NCBI GenBank assembly: GCA_963510375.1
Contig: CAUPES010000004.1
Location: 42,619 to 106,618, forward strand
Direction: 5' to 3'
DNA from: an uncultured Fastidiosipila sp.
Lineage (GTDB): Bacteria > Bacillota > Clostridia > Saccharofermentanales > Fastidiosipilaceae
Length of the DNA stretch: 64,000 nt
Under the pieces are notes generated by a model. The model worked only from the letters and a program-made list of their open reading frames with translations, was not told where the DNA came from and did no database searches. The position numbers and the translations under genes are program-made. Position 1 is the first letter of the stretch. Every line of letters starts with the position of its first letter. This document shows positions 63,112 to 64,000 of this stretch, piece by piece.

Positions 63112-63999
63112 TCACTTTCTTTTTTCATAACTTGATCTTATACTCAAGCCTATAATTTCTCCTAATCTGGGTGGAACAGCGTTCCCTATGTGTCTAGCTA
63201 TATTTTTTAATATAACCTTACTATCTTTGGGAACAAATGAATATGAATTAGGAAAAGTTTGTAATATTGATCCTTCTCTAAGTGTTAATGCTCTATCTTG
63301 CTCTGGATGACCAAATCTTCCAGTGCCATATCCTATAAATTGTGTTGTAATAGTCGGTGATACTTCATCCCATTTCATCCTACCATAAACAGAAGAATAA
63401 GAACGACCGGTTTCTTTTTTATGGCAATTCAATATTAAATTTTGAGGCCAATCTCTCCAAGTTCCACCAGGAATAGAGTGTTGAATTCTTTGTAGATTTT
63501 TTTCGGATAGGGCTGATGTTACGTGTAAATTATCAGCATTGTTAATTTCACCGGCTCCAATTTTAGGTAGATTATATATTGCATCCCTAACTGTAACAGG
63601 AATTTTATGAGTAGGTTCAATAAATTTAATCTTCATCCCTCTTGAAGCTATAAGCAATAATCTTTTTCTTCGTTGAGGAACACCATAATCTGCAGCGTTA
63701 ACAATTTTATAATCAATATTATAATTACAATTTTTTAATGTATCTATAAAGTCATTAAAGACTTCTTCTTTTAGTAACTCGGGCACATTTTCCATAGAAA
63801 CTATATCAGGTTTAACTTCATTAATTAAACGGCCAAATTGATAAAGTAAGCTCCAATCCTTATGTTTTTTTCTATTACTTTTATCCTTTTGATGCATAGA
63901 AAAAGGCTGACACGGAGCACATCCAGCTAATATTTTTATATCATATCCAAAAAATAATTCTTCTATCTCTTTTGCAGTTATATCTTCTATGTTCTTATT
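63112..63999 (-). CDS. dcm: DNA (cytosine-5)-methyltransferase, 5'-truncated by the window end
   Basis: Frame stays open past the track's Met: LAGCAPCQPFS (motif IV), MENV (VI), YGVPQRRKR (VIII), REGSILQTFP (IX), HIGNAVPP (X). Confidence 0.93.
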   Translation of the reverse strand, partial: NKNIEDITAKEIEELFFGYDIKILAGCAPCQPFSMHQKDKSNRKKHKDWSLLYQFGRLINEVKPDIVSMENVPELLKEEVFNDFIDTLKNCNYNIDYKIVNAADYGVPQRRKRLLLIASRGMKIKFIEPTHKIPVTVRDAIYNLPKIGAGEINNADNLHVTSALSEKNLQRIQHSIPGGTWRDWPQNLILNCHKKETGRSYSSVYGRMKWDEVSPTITTQFIGYGTGRFGHPEQDRALTLREGSILQTFPNSYSFVPKDSKVILKNIARHIGNAVPPRLGEIIGLSIRSSYEKRK

Positions 64000-64000
64000 A

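Overview
AT-rich chromosomal window from a low-GC Firmicute, probably a host-associated Clostridia-like bacterium (inferred from gene content, strong Shine-Dalgarno sites and sortase-type anchors). Positions 1-48 kb hold housekeeping and host-adaptation genes: several ABC transporters, a stand-alone trpB, a NahK-like kinase, metNIQ, a lipoprotein nucleosidase, a 2121-aa GH85 surface enzyme, cysK-cysE, tRNA-Val(CAC), a UgtP-like glycosyltransferase, fucO, a vex123-vncRS-like locus, thyA, mgtE, a large adhesin broken by one amber codon, and trhO. Positions 48.2-64 kb form a defence island with many decayed genes: a frameshifted MmeI-like type IIL R-M enzyme, dinD, an hsdS remnant, a PIN nuclease, IS30/IS3 remnants, a GIY-YIG-DUF4357 nuclease, and a C5 DNA methyltransferase coupled to a GHKL ATPase. 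The most interesting signals lie outside the ORF track or inside domain architecture: (1) the GHKL ATPase ends in a Swt1-like HEPN (Rx4H) domain, suggesting a methyltransferase-guarded RNase defence system; (2) a Trp leader-peptide attenuator precedes the orphan trpB; (3) a 31-aa uORF with antiterminator and terminator precedes mgtE; (4) a three-way-junction leader precedes cysK-cysE; (5) the surface nucleosidase has Asn in place of the catalytic Asp. All family calls come from motif recognition by eye; no database searches were run.
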